A stretch of 63,134 nt of DNA from contig MU271361.1 in NCBI GenBank assembly GCA_021432655.1, positions 1 to 63,134 on the forward strand, given 5' to 3'. The notes under the pieces are model-generated. The model had not been told where the DNA came from. It saw nothing but the letters and a program-made list of their open reading frames with translations, and did not search any database. Shown in pieces: positions 1-13,335 of the stretch. The position numbers were made by a program, and so were the translations under genes. Position 1 is the stretch's first letter, and each line of letters starts with the position of its first letter. Source of the DNA: Atractiella rhizophila (Eukaryota).

Positions 1-47
1 GCAAACATCGAACTGGGCCATTTCTGATATCCGGAAAGGAGAGAGAT

Positions 48-1427
48 ATGACTTCAGAAGGAAAGACGACACGTAGTATACTCCTATCCCATTGGCTCAT
101 TGTCCTCCTGGGCATCCCCATTTGGTATTTCACGACTTACGTTCCACGACACTCTCTTCCCTCAGAGCGCGTAGAAGCGTGGAACACTCGACGCGTGTGT
201 TTATTTCTTTGAGTTAGGGTGATACGCTAACGATTAGAGTAGCCTTGCTTCTTGAACGCTCTCGAGCGAAAAGACGGCGGCTGTGGTGCTGAAACGACGA
301 ATGGAGGCAATCCAGCGAAGGATCGCAGAGTTCTGCCTTATTCGAAGGATGTGGAACTCGTATTCAGTCTTTTGAACGAGGACTCATCTGTAGGAGGAGG
401 AATTATGGATTGGGACGTGAATTTGGCGCTTCGAGGTTCGTTTTCCTCATTTACGATAGAGAAAAGCTGAATATGTCGAATGGAGAACAGATCAGATTCT
501 TCCCGTCCTCTCTGCCCTGGAACCACTGCACAACTTCAGCATTGAGACTCAAATCTCGTACTATGCACCGCTTTCTATTCAGCCGATATTTGATCAGGAG
601 GAACAAAATTGGATGGTGGAAGAGGAGGACTTGAAGGCATTCGTCAATTCTGCAGAATGGAATCTAGGTACCTCTATCACCTTTTGCTTACTCTCGAAAT
701 GCTGATTAGGATGAGTTAAGCATCTACGAGTGCCACGAGTAAATTACATTTCATCCTCTTCGCTCCTTCTCCGCGTCATCGGCCGCTCACGATCAAAGGT
801 AGAAAAGGTGGGTTTCCCTTCTCCATGCTTTATTCAAGTACTGAAAGAAGCCATGCAGCCAGCAGTTTCATAACACCACAATGGGGTGGCGTAGCCCTCT
901 ACAATCCTCCCTCCTCTGCCACCTTGTCACCATCCGACCTAGCACACCCCTTCTCCTTGTTCGCCTCTCAACTTTCCATCCTCCTCGGCGTCCCCTCCCT
1001 CTCTTCATCAACAAGCATGTTCTCCTCAGTGCACCTCTCATCTCTCCTCCGCGACCGAACATACGAAAACATCGACTCTTCTCTTGTCGCTCTTCAAGGC
1101 GTACTAGATTTGACTCGGCGGATAACAAACATGCCAATCTCTATTGAAGTGCAGGCCGATTTCACGTCCGCCCTTGACGCCTTGGACAACGTGATGAAGG
1201 CAACAACGGAGAAAGAACAACTCAAGTTTAGTGCAGAAGCGAGGGAGGTGGCAAATCGTGCTTTCTTCAATCCCAAGATGGTCAGTATGCTTTACTTCCC
1301 AGACGAACATAAGTACGCTGTCATTACTCCTTTCTTGGGGCCATTGGCGACTTATCTCCTTGCCGCAACCTTCAAAGCGGTCAAGGCATGGAGGAAGGAG
1401 AAGAAGGAGAAGATAAAGATTGAGTGA
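48..1427 (+). CDS. GPI17: GPI transamidase component PIG-S/Gpi17 (multi-exon)
   Basis: ATG at 48 gives MTSEGKTTRSILLSHWLIVLLGIPIWYFTTYVPRHSLP, a PIG-S-like N-terminal TM. The last exon has SFITPQWGG and RAFFNPKMVSMLYFPDEHKYAVITPFLGP, the PIG-S C-terminal signature. Confidence 0.92.
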
Positions 1428-1508
1428 CGGATTGTTGGTGGTACATAGATTGCGACGAGGCACGGAATGCATCATAACTTATTTACATCGTGCATGTTCA
1501 CGGCACAA

Positions 1509-4500
1509 TCAGTCTTCTTCCTCGAACCTCCCATGCACATTACTTTGCCTCTTATACGCTTCTCCCAACTCTTCCGCGCTCATCGCTTGGAACACATCCT
1601 TGTCCTCCCTCTTGTTCAAAAATCTAGGGAAACGAAGTGATATCCCCCTACTCTCCGACACCTCTCCTATCCCTGCTTTGTAAACGGGGGAGAGAGTAAG
1701 ATCAGCAGCTTGGATCTCCCATACTTCCTTCGGTTTGAAATAGACGTCAGGGCGAATGGCTGTTCTCCGACATCATATCAATCTTATGTAAGAGCACAAG
1801 ATAAGGAAAAGAGAGAGAGACGGACGCGTGGAAACGTTGGGAAATATCGGCTGCCTCGACGCCATACCCTCGTCCTTGTCAGGATTGAACCGTTCAAAGA
1901 TTTCTTTGTACACCTTGTCTGAGAAACCAGACATGCATTTGCACACGGCGACGAAGGTGTCATTCTCTGCGTCGTAGACGGCAAGGAGGATTGGAGAGTA
2001 CCACGCATTCTTTCGTCCCATGCCATGAAAGCCCCCGACTAGACACCCTCTCAGGATTAGTTGGAAAAAGTGGAAACAAGAGAAAACAAACTTGGAACGA
2101 GGTCAAAAGTGTCCCCTGTCGCGCCGTAGTCTTTCTTGACCTTTAGCCAGCTGTCTGCTCGCTTGTCTATCAGGTGTTGCCAACTCAGATCATGTTCGCA
2201 ATAGAGTAGGAGTAACCCACCACACTCATACGAAGCAGGCAGCGCCTTCCTCCTCCCCCTCTTCTTCTTACCCCCTTCTTCTTCGTCTTCACTTTCCTCA
2301 CCTTCCCCACCATCGTCTTCTTCTTTCACACCTACATCTTCATCCAAAATCTTGACCATGATACCTTCACACCTCCCCTCCACCGCGTCTCTCATAAAGC
2401 TCTCCACCTCTTCTCCTTTCTCCATCGTGCCCTCCATATTCTTCACATGATCGAACCTCGCAATAAATGGATCGGGGGACTCGAACGGAGGAAAATGGGT
2501 GTGCAGAAGGGACCGACGAGTGCGAAATGGCGATTGGAGGAGGGAGGATCCGTTCAGGTACATGAGGTCGAAGGAGAAGATCCCAACTCGAATTTTGACA
2601 TCGCTGGCTTTCACATCCTTCCTACCCCGGGTGGAGAGCGTCTGGAAAGAAAGTAAGGAACGCGTTTCCTTGTCGATGGCACATATCTATCCGCGAGTCA
2701 GCCATGATAAACCTCACTCAGCAACGGACTTCAGCGTCAATGATGAATGACTGATCTTCGCCGGCAGGAAGGCGGGAAAGAAGATGCGGAGCGAGTGTGA
2801 CGATGTCAGGGTATTTGTCTGTCCTTTCATCACACACACTAGTCAATTTCGCTTCTAGACCAGATCCGGACGAACTTACATATCCTCCAGGTGTCTAGAG
2901 AATAGTCTCACATAGACCTCTCCATCATCCGTCCACTTCCCTCCCACCCCTTCCTTGGGAACTTCCCCCTCTCTTCTTCGCCTGGCATGCATCTGCACCC
3001 GTTGACCATCGTACTTCCACTCCGCCACGAACTGCCGTTTTCTCCCCAACCTTTCCTCTACCTCTTTGAGGTCCCGCGTGATTTGCCCAAGCATGAAGAG
3101 CACTGGCGTGCCAGGTTGGATACGAATTAGGGAAGGGAGGGCTGAGAGGCCGTGTTTTACGAGAGCAGGGACGATATGAGCGTAGGATGGATGGCGGACA
3201 TAGACTGCGCGCAACTTAATCACACTTCAGAATATGGACGACAAAGAAATCGCACCTTCGCGTATGGTTCTTTCTGCCTTCCCAAGCTGACGCATGACCT
3301 CTTCCCTCCCCGGAGCTTCCTTCTCCCTCTTTCCCTCTGGGATAACCTTCAGCCCTTTCCTCCTCTCCTCGCTGATGTAGAACTCGTCCTTCCCTTCGTT
3401 CCCATCTGCATCCGAGAAAGGAACGAGGCAGGCCGCTCTGGCGAGAGAATTGAGAACCGTCAACTTGACCGCTCCCACCCGGAGATTATTCGAGATAGTC
3501 CTAATGACCCATCGTACCTCCTCTCCCTTTGCTCTCAGAAGTACCTTCCTCAATTTATCCTTCTTCGATTTCATCGAATTCTTCCCCTCGATAGTGGGTA
3601 GTTCCCTCAACGTCTCATACAAAAATTCTATCGTCAGCTCCTTTTCCTGTCGAGCAAAGTTGAGGGTAGTTCGACCGCCAGTGGAAGATGAGAGGGCAGT
3701 AAACGCCACATCGCCCGGATCCCCAGACGTGTTCCAAAGCTCCCTCAATTTGGACTTTGAGCAACCGCTGAGCTCGGAGATCAGGTCGGACACCATCTTG
3801 CCTCCCACGCCGTACTCTTTACCCTCTTTCTCCCAAGGCGCTCCGAGGCCTTGTCCCATCATTAAGTAGAGTGCAGGGAGGAGGAGATGTGGTTGGAAGT
3901 GTAGAATGGTGCGAATGAGGTTTGTGAGGATGGAAGTAATAAGCAGACGTGATTTCGTGCTGCTGAGTAAGACGAAGGCAGAGGAGAGGATGGAATAAGG
4001 AAGCGGAGAGGTGGGAGACAATGGAAGAGAGGAGGGATCGAATAGGAACGGATCGAGAGAGAGTGGAATAGGAAATGCTGCAGAGGTCGAGGTCGAGGTC
4101 GATTCTGCAGGAGGCGTCTTGGAAGTCGAACCCTTTGAAGGTGTTGCCTGATGCTCCTCCAGTTCTCGAGCTTTCCTCTTCTTGCCATTCTTCTCAATCT
4201 TCGCATCTTCTAATGGCTTCTTTTGATCTTCCACCAGTTTACTTTCCTTATCCTCTCTCAGCCCATTCAACTCCATATCCAGCTTCCTCGCAAACTCCTC
4301 ATCAGCCTTTATGTCGTCCTTATCCCACTCAACGGCATCCAAAGTCCCCGTTGTAATCTCTGTACTATCTCCAATAGCGACTGAATCCTCGTCCTCTTCA
4401 ATGACAATTACTTCTTTGTCCTTTCCTTTCTCATTCGCCCTCTTCCTTGATGCAGAACCTAACCCAGAATTTACTCCAGATTTAGATGTAGAAGTTTGCG

Positions 4501-4621
4501 TTGAAGACTTGGACGGGGAGCCAGGAGCAGAGGCAAGCTTAGACTTGGAAGGAGAAGTGAAATAATTTAATAGCGTCACTCCCTCCGTCCGCGCCTTCTT
4601 CCTTGGTCGTTCGTTTGACAT
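1509..4621 (-). CDS. ATP-dependent DNA ligase, LIG1 family (second, fungal 'Lig3'-type paralog), multi-exon
   Basis: DNA-binding domain (GDPGDVAF, LRVGAVKLTVL), motif I EWKYDGQR, LFSRHLEDM/TDKYPD, FDLMYLNG, CEGIMVK, WLKVKKDY and OB-fold GRKNAWYSPILLAVYD. Stop TGA at 1509-1511. Confidence 0.93.
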
Positions 4622-4845
4622 ACGATTTCCAAGTGGCTAGATTGTCCAACGAGCCACAAGTGGACAGCTAGCGACAAGCTTAGAAGTATAGGAAGTGACG
4701 AAATGACTCGTTGGCTCGGTGCTTCGTGGCACACAATCCTAAGGAATCCTAAATTTTGATCGATTGCTTTGGGCATCTACAGTTATCATCGACTCACCTG
4801 TCCTTTATCATTTTGGCGCCTAGGTAACAGTGTAACCAGTAGTCT

Positions 4846-7328
4846 ATGGGGAAGAAAGATAAAAAATCGGTCGCCGCGAAAGCAGCGAAGAAAGCGAAAG
4901 CTGCCTCCAAGGCAGAGAAGAAGAATGTGAAAAGCATTAAGAAGGATAAGAAGGGCAAGAAGGAGGAGGTAGAAGATGAGGAGGACCTGATACAGACCTT
5001 GGAAGACTTTAGACGGTACTATCCTGTCTTTGGCTAGTTCCATGGTGTTCGCTAACTTGCATCATGGACAGGAAATGGGAAGAAGAGCATAAAATGACGC
5101 AAGAAATAGTAGAGGGGCCACCGACGAGAAGGGCTAATGCAACTCTCACCCCCTGTCCTCTTAGCGATCACCTATGGTTGTTTGGAGGCGAATACTTTGA
5201 TGGAGACAAGTGGTCAGTCTTACCTCTTCCACACAAACAATAATGCTTATTTGCCTATAAATGCATACGAAACAGCTACTTTTACAATGACTTGTATCGA
5301 TATGCTCCGGACAAGAACGAGTGGAAGAAGTTCACCTCACCTACCTGTCCTGGTCCCAGATCAGCAGTGTGTCCTATCCTGTTCACATTTCGAAGCGGTG
5401 GGTGCTGATGTGGTGGAACATAGCATCAAATAGTGCCGATGGCATCACAAGGCGGCAAACTCTGGCTCTTCGGTCTGTCCCTTCACATCCTCTCGTTGCT
5501 ACTGAATGTTCTTACCCTTCGGCTCTGGCATAGGAGGCGAATTTGCCTCCCTTAACCAAACATCTTTTCACCATTGGCGCGACCTCTGGTCCTTTGACAT
5601 CACCTCTCACGCCTGGGAGAGATATGAAACCAAGATCAGGCCGAGTGCGAGGAGTGGTCACAGGATGGCGGTTTGGAAGCAGTGGATCGTGCTCTACGGA
5701 GTGAGTGGGTGGTTCCCTCTGCCGTATCGTTCATACCTCACGACGCGAAATATGTAGGGCTTCCATGATGTTGGGATCCGTACGAACTATCTGCAGGATT
5801 TGTGGGTTTGGGATACGATGGAGTATAAGTGGCAGCAGGTGATGTTCAAGGAGACAGACCGGAGGCCGTCGTACGTCCCGATCTTTGCTTCCCATGTGGC
5901 CATCTTACTGAGAGCGGAATGAAAGGGCGAGGAGCGGTTTCTCCTTCCTCCCCTGTGCAGAAGGCGTCATCCTACATGGTGGGTGTCGTTCGTTTCTCAG
6001 CTGAACTCTGCTAATCCGAACGAAGGCGGGTACTGCAAAGAATACTCAGGCAAAAAGGCGACGGGTATAGCGCTGGACGATACCTGGCTGCTTCGGATGG
6101 ACGCTGACCTGACCCAAGTGAAATGGGAGAAACGTCGACGAGGGGGATACTCGCCTTGCAGGAGGAGTGGAAGCACGATGGCGTTGTGGGGATCGAAGGG
6201 GATGGGAATTATGTTTGGTGGAGTGGTAGATACGGAGGAGGATGAGGAAAGCTTGGAGAGCGTATTCTTTAACGATCTGTACTTTCTTTCCCACGAAAGG
6301 TAGAGAAGCGCACTCACGCTTTAGGTAGGCATGGATATCTAATGACTGGGAATGGGAAGTGGGTATCCATGAATCTGAAAAAGCCGAAGAAAAAGGGAGG
6401 AGGAGGGAGGAGGAAGAAAGTCATTGTTCCAGAGAAGGTAGACGAGGAGGATAGCTCTGATGACGGGGTAGAGAAGGAAGAGGGGACGGAGGTACAGGAA
6501 GAGCCTGAGCCAGACATGGAAGAGATCGATCCAGACGATCCGAATCGGACAGTGCCGCGTCCAAGATATAATACGCTACTTGCAGTACAGAAGAACACAC
6601 TTTACATGTCTGTCCTCATCATCCACCGCCAGTCACAATTGCAATCATACTGATGGTACTGAATAGATACGGGGGCATTCTTGAGACCCAGTCCCGAGAG
6701 TATACACTCGATGACTTCTACTTCGTTGCACTCGACAAGCTGGATAAGTACACTTGCCTCAAAGAGTGTAATATCGACGAAATCGAATGGAAGGAGTCGG
6801 AATCTGAAGATGATGATGACGAGGAGGAAGGTAGCGAGGAGGATAGTTCTTCCGAAGAGGAGGATGAGGGAGAAGGAGATAAACCTTCCACTCGTGCAGA
6901 ACAAGAGTCGGACGAAGAACCTGTAGTCTTCTTTGTGTTCCTCAGCGAAGACACGCTGACCCGAAAATAAGGAAAAGGAGCCGGAAAAACCTTCCTTGAG
7001 AGAACAAGCGACTGTCTTTATGGGTGTTTCCAAGGATTCCACACGAACAGCAGAAGATGTACTCTCTACTCCATTACCTGGAGAGACGGTCGCGAAGTTC
7101 TACGACCGTTCGAAGGAATATTGGGCCCAAAAGGCCCACCAAACGAGCGACAACCGGGGGAAGATGTTGAGACGAGACGGCTTTCAACTTGCACAAGAGA
7201 GATATAACGAGTACAAGCCGATACTGGAGGAGATCGAGAGGATAAGGGAGGAGGCGGAGGTGGAGAACGAACCGAGTGGTCCGTTGGGAAGCGGAGGGCT
7301 AGGACAGGCGAGCAGGAACCGGCGGTGA
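4846..7328 (+). CDS. KEL3: Kelch-repeat protein with C-terminal DUF4110 (Kel3/KLHDC4)
   Basis: Lys-rich N-terminus, kelch repeats ([20 protein letters not shown]), an acidic tract and C-terminal [20 protein letters not shown]...LRRDGF. Confidence 0.9.
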
Positions 7329-7562
7329 GCCTGCCTGTGAGGGAGTAGCATACTGTCTTTCATTGCATCGTGATAAACAGATATGTATGATAGAAGCCTT
7401 GCATTGAATTTACATTGTACGACAAACCAACTGAATTGAAGCCTTGATATGAATATTGACCGTTGAACTGAGTAAAGCGAGAGCTGTGGAGCCGGAGGGT
7501 CATTGTGAAGCAGGAGGGCGTAAATGAAGCAACAGCGATGGCATGAATGAAGAAGCGGAACA

Positions 7563-9435
7563 TTAGCGCAACTGAATCGAGTGGTCGAGCGTGTAGCCGG
7601 AGAGGTCTGGTGCGTCTTTAGTCTTTGGAAAGGCGGTCCAAAACCGTAAGGTCTCATCCCCTGCCCCAGTGACGATAGTCTACACGGCGATACCAACATA
7701 AGCATTAGGATCGGCGCGTCGAAGCTGCGTGAAAGGCGACGTACCTGTCCACAGGGACTCATAGCGAGATAGAGGACGCGGAAGGTGTGTCCCAGGAGAG
7801 AACCGACAAGTTGGCGAGAAGGGTACTTCCAGATGCAGATCTGATTCTGGTGGTTGCTGTTCGAGAATCCGTGGGTTGATACGAGTTCATTCGAGTTCTT
7901 GGACCACATGAGATTGCACACCTGACACACCACGTCAACACAAAACTCGTGGACAGGAGGAAACGGACCTGGGAACTCGTGTCTATTTCATCGTCTATTT
8001 CTCCCTTCACAGTATTCCAAAACTTGATCTTCTTATCCAGTGTTCCACCTCCGCTCGCGAGTATTCCATGAACGTGAGGACTCCAAGCGATAGCTTTGAC
8101 AGCAGCGACATGATCCGTGAACTTGAATAAAGGAGTGGTATGAAGCCCATCCCAAACATAGAGTTTATTATCATTCCCACCGCTCGCCAACAGATTGTCT
8201 GCGGTGTTCCACTTGAGTCCACACACCTCCTGCTTATGAGAGGTCAGCTTGGCCATATAGTGTCCCGCGGCCCTGACATCCCTATGAAGGATCGATCTAT
8301 CCCTAGATCCAGACGACAAGACGTTATTGTTCCACGCCAACGTGCCGACTCTTTGCGTGTGACCCTTCAGCGTACGGACGATAGAGAGCGTATGAGCGTC
8401 CCAAATTTGAACCTGTCCCTTCCCAGTCCCTACCGCGATCTGAGAGCCTTGGGTGACCCAATTGATGGAGGTGACACTATCCTCCGAGTCGTTCAAATCG
8501 CAAAGCTTCGTCACCTTGCTCGTCTGCGCGCTCCAGAGATAAACGCAAGTCGCAAGACCCACACCAAGCACGTTGGTCGACGACCAATCAACGAGGTTGA
8601 GATAGAAATCGTCCGCGAGTTCTGGTGCGTCGAGGACCTTGAATGGCACCTTCGCTATCTGCCTCGGCTCCTTGTTAGGGGATTCAAGCAGATTCGAACT
8701 CCGAGCCTTAATAGGAGATTTATTGTAGCGGGAATGGGTAGGCGAGTCGAGGGTGTGGATTCCGCCATGACTGAGACGAAAACCAGAGCTGGTGCCAGTG
8801 CGCTTGGATGGAGAGGTGTAACTGAGCGTTCTCGAGTGGGTAGGTGTCCGCGGCGGACCTGAGAGCATGCTTTGACGGGGAGGGCTGTCGTTATGAGAGA
8901 TGGGAGGAATGGGCATAGAGGCAGAGATGGAAGAAGAGGGAAAGGTGCCGTCGTCAAAGAGCTCATTCTTCAATACTATTCCAGGCATACTCGTTTTAGT
9001 ATGACTGTGCAGGTAGAGGTTTGGCGGCAATAAATGAACAAACCTGCCGTTACATCTCCATCCTTCCGTGGTGGCCGTTTGGGCATTCTTCGCCCTGCAG
9101 GTCCCTCTTGAAGGTTGTATTCAACGACAATGCTCGCTCCACCACGATCTGGCAAGAACCTTCACGTCACCTCTCAGCACCAGTCCTCCGTGACAATGCA
9201 AAAGCGAAACATACCGATCAGCGTTCGATCTAAACCTCTTGCTCGCCGGTGAATCTGCACTTGAGGAACCAAAAACGTCCGTATTCTCTGTCTCCATGTC
9301 TTCTCCATCCCCACCATTGCCACTCCAATGTCCTGAAGAGAAGGTGAGGTTGAAAGGCGTCCGCGGAGAGTTGCTGTGGCCAGACGAGTGCGTCCGCGTC
9401 CTAGAACGGTTACGTGCGCTGAATTCCCTATCCAT
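7563..9435 (-). CDS. CDH1: APC/C activator Cdh1/Fzr1 (WD40)
   Basis: The C-box DRFLPDR is restored by splicing at ~9217/9162. Also [26 protein letters not shown]40 repeats, [20 protein letters not shown] and a C-terminal ...IQLR* tail (IR-tail variant). Confidence 0.93.
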
Positions 9436-9765
9436 ATCTGTTATCTAATGAAGCGTCGGACACCTGTTCTTTCCTGGCTGACGAAAGGCAGCGGTTGTTT
9501 CAGCGCGTGGGATTGTGGCGAAACACGAGACAATGGGCGAGAAGTAGATAGTACCAGGAGCGTATGTGATACTGAAAGGCCCTGGATGGCTGTGAAAGGC
9601 GCTGAGGTCGCGCTGAGAGTCGTTTCAAGGGAAGCTGGTCGAAGTTTCGTCTTTTGTTGTCGTGGATGCTACACGTGACAAAGCGGAACCTAATGACTTG
9701 AAGGGCAAAGACCGCAAAGAGCAAGGCGAAGCAAGGTGAAAGGGTAAAAGGGTGAAAGGGTTCCT

Positions 9766-9782
9766 TGTTTATAGCTGTTTAC
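9766..9782 (-). promoter_or_regulatory. Paired forkhead-type sites upstream of CDH1
   Basis: TGTTTAT (9766-9772) and TGTTTAC (9776-9782) are RYAAAYA on the minus strand, ~340 bp upstream of the CDH1 ATG. Confidence 0.35.
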
Positions 9783-10249
9783 GTGCAGCCAACAGCTTTG
9801 TTTTGCGATTGGCGGAGCATTGTGATTCACAACCAGATGCACATCTCGGCACAATCTGCGAAAACATCCAGAGGCAGCTGAAGCCGGCTGGAACGTTGGT
9901 CATAATGTCGGGCTGAATGCCTAACATCAGACATGGCAGATGGTACTGCCAGGTACTGCCGTATCCATGTTCCTTCTTTGATGATCATGTGCCTTCCTAG
10001 GAACATAATTTGGATTATTCAAAAGTAAGCATTAATGCCGTGCCACAATCGCGGTGGACCTGGGAATAAAGAGGGTTATGATTGAAGTTTATATTTCTTG
10101 AAAGCGATTAAGACTATGCTTTGCTTTAGGAGTTATGCTTAGGAAAAAACGACACTTCTTCCCATCTGTAACCTCCAATCGGGCAGGATGTTACCGTAGG
10201 GCAGGGATACAACAATTCTAAATACTATTTATGTGTGTGAACATGTGGT

Positions 10250-11393
10250 CTAGCAATAATTGATTTTCTCATTAACAACCCATTCAATACCTCCCTCTGG
10301 CATATCTAAATACCAAGCAACTGAGGGCAAAGCACCGTCCCTGTCCTTCGACTCCCCCCTCAACCCCTCAGGCAACTCGCTCGCCCACTCCTCCTTGAAA
10401 TTCCAGATCTGAATCTTCCTCATTCCCTGGTCCCTCGCAACGCCCAACGCATGCTTCAAAATCGACGTGAAAGAGGCGGCAGAGTCGCATCTCAAGCGAT
10501 GAAAGACCAGTTCGGAAGCATAATAAGTCGGGAGGTAGAGAGCGAAAGCCCATCCTTCTTCTCCCCGTTTTCCCACTTCCACTCCCCATGTCGTAGGTAA
10601 ATTGGTCTTGCCAAGATGTCCAGCTATCAGGGACGCTTTCCCATTTTGCCATTCCACTTCTTGTCCCGTGGGCACCAGAGCAAAGACGGCCTGTTTGTCC
10701 TTCCTCGATTGCGTCGGCAGTTCTTGTTGGAGCAATCTGGCGTCATGCCGGCAGACATCGTAGATCTCCTCGGTCGTGGTAATGGACACAGGCTCGGGAG
10801 AGGAGGAGGGCAAAGAATCGAGCGCAGAGAGGACTTCGACCGTCCAATAAGTGGATCGAGGAGAGTGGGGATCCCATCCCTGCCCACATCGCGTATAAAA
10901 ATCGCCGACATCTGAAGTACGAAAGATTATTAACCACATCGATATCAACAAAAGGGCTGGAGAACGTGCCGGAGTATAGAATGGAAAGTACGACCTCATG
11001 ACCTGTCGCTTTTCCTTTCTCCTGCAACTTCAAATGAAGATCTGTCATCAACTTGCTCGCGTACCCCTTCCGCCTATGGTGGTCGGGCGTAAACACGGCT
11101 GATATCGCTTGACAATAACCGTTCTCGACCTGACCAGATTGCTTCGAGACGTAGACCGGACGGAGGTAGATCTCGCAAGAACAATAAAAGTTGAGAGTGG
11201 TTGGATCGGACGAAGGGACCAACACCCATCTTGTCATCCTGCCCTCGCTCGCAAATGGAAACGAGGATAGCTGTTGAGACGCCAATAAATAAGCTTCTTC
11301 GCTCAACCCTTTCCCCCAATGATGGTACGATTGCTTTCGGCTTTGCAGCCACTGCTCATGGGTTGCTTCCACCACGATCGGTTCTTCTGCCAT
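10250..11393 (-). CDS. GNAT-family acetyltransferase, LYC1-like (2 exons)
   Basis: HWGKGLSEEAYL, CSCE, the acetyl-CoA motif A ISAVFTPDHHRRKGYASKLM, and LYS|DVGDFYTRCG across the intron at ~10971-10914. Confidence 0.85.
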
Positions 11394-11798
11394 AACGAGC
11401 TGAAGTGTTCACTGTGTTGATCTCGGCTGGTCCGAAAGACGTTTATATTCACAGATATAATCTAGCCGACTTGCAGGAGTTCCAGCCTTATATGTGTTTG
11501 GGCCTGTCGCGCGAGCTACGCTGACGACCTCGGGATTTGAAACTATACACCCCACTTGGGGACGACTCATCGAACCGCACATCGTCGAGCCGGTCGTCCA
11601 AACGTCGGAGAATAGGTTATTTAGGTTTGGGCATGATAAGCAGCCAAACAATCAGATAACCTAGAGTGTCCCTATGGATGCCCAAGCAGAGTGCGCCACA
11701 AGCAATAGGGATGCAGCGAGGCATATAAACTAGGAGGAAGCAATCCAAACCTCCCCCGAGAGACTTGTCTGTGTTCCAACATTTTCTGAATCACCAGC

Positions 11799-13335
11799 AT
11801 GGCCCTCTATCAAGAAGCTACCATTGAACTTTCAACCCTCTTGACCCAATGGCTTGTCAAGTACAAGCAACTCATCGTGTTCGATGACTCTGGAGAAGGG
11901 AGGGTGAAAGAGTTTTGGGATCGTATTTATAAATGGTCCAATGGAATCGACGAACTCTCGTCGTTGTGGGAAAGAGCGTAAGCATTGAATGTTGTCCCAG
12001 TGAAATTTGACAGAACTGAGCTAGAGAACAGGACCAAAGAAAGAGAGAAGAAGTTGATTGAAGTAGACCTCGAGTCTATTGCCAGCCCTTACAGCGGCAA
12101 ACCCAAAATCTTCCACGGATCGTCCAGGCCAAAATCCTTTGCAATGTTACCGAAAGAAATCTTGAATCGCATTTTCAGCTATGTGGTGACAGACTGGGAC
12201 GATTATTCGAGGTCTTTATTGACTCTCTCAAAACGTCTTTACCCAGTCGTAGGTTCAGCCGTTGTTGTGGAAGCTGAAGAGACCTAAATCACATTGACAG
12301 ATTGTGAGCCAACGGTATCGGTATCCTCCCACAATCACGAAATCTACGGATCTTTGCAGAATAGTTGACCGGCTCAAGCGACTTCCTACGGCCCCAGTGC
12401 GACACTTGAAGCTGCACCTCGTAGGACCATCTTCGTTGACAGAGAGCACGCAGCTTTCTCGTCTCCTCGACGTTTGCCCCAACACTCACACTCTCACTTG
12501 CTACGGACCCATTGATGCCTTGAAATACAAGCACGTGCGACAATCGATCTCTCGTCTTTCCAACTTGTCATCCCTACGTATTGTGGATGATGGCTCGCCT
12601 TTCCTCGTCAAGATGCTCCTCCTCCTTCCAAATATCCGAGCCCTCGATATTCGCACGAGCCAATGGGACACAGCCGCCAAAGAAGTGCGCTGGATTTCGG
12701 AGCCAATAGTGAAGGAGAAATCAATTTCTATCGAACCAATGGACTGGGTGGCGGGAACTCCTATTCCACAGCTTCCCAAGCTCCGATCTGTTCGCTTCCC
12801 ACCTCGACACAAGATGCCGTACGCCTTCCAACGCACTCTGCTCGAAGGAATGGAAGTTCCTCCCCTCTCCCACCTTGAACTGCACACAGGTAAATTCAGG
12901 AAAGAAGTTCTCTTGTATCCCGCACTGGAGAAGCTCGCCCCTACAATCCAGACGTTGAAGCTGTCGCATTTCGGAAAATATCCCGTGGACACCAAATTTT
13001 ACAGCATTCTCGCGAAATGCAAACAGCTTCAAACACTCGAACTCCTCGGTTTCTCCCTTCCAAAATGGCGTCTGCCGACCACGGGTGCGTTCGTAGGACG
13101 ACTGAGAGAGCTGTTCCTCAACCAGTGCGGAGGCTCCGGAGTCGACCTCGAGCTCTGGATGGGGTCTATAAAACTTAACGACAGGAGACTCAAAGTCCTT
13201 GGGACTGATTTTCTGACATATCACAAGGCACACCGCAACTACTACTCCGCCGGTGCAGACGAATCCTTTTGGACCTCGTTCTGCTTCGAACAATCATTAA
13301 CTTTTCAATGCCAAAGGGCAGAAACTCTACTTTGA
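11799..13335 (+). CDS. F-box/LRR(RNI)-like protein (3 exons)
   Basis: F-box-like LPKEILNRIFSYV followed by LxxLxL repeats (LSNLSSLRI, LPNIRALDI, IQTLKL, LQTLELL). GT-AG introns bridge the three ORFs. Confidence 0.6.
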
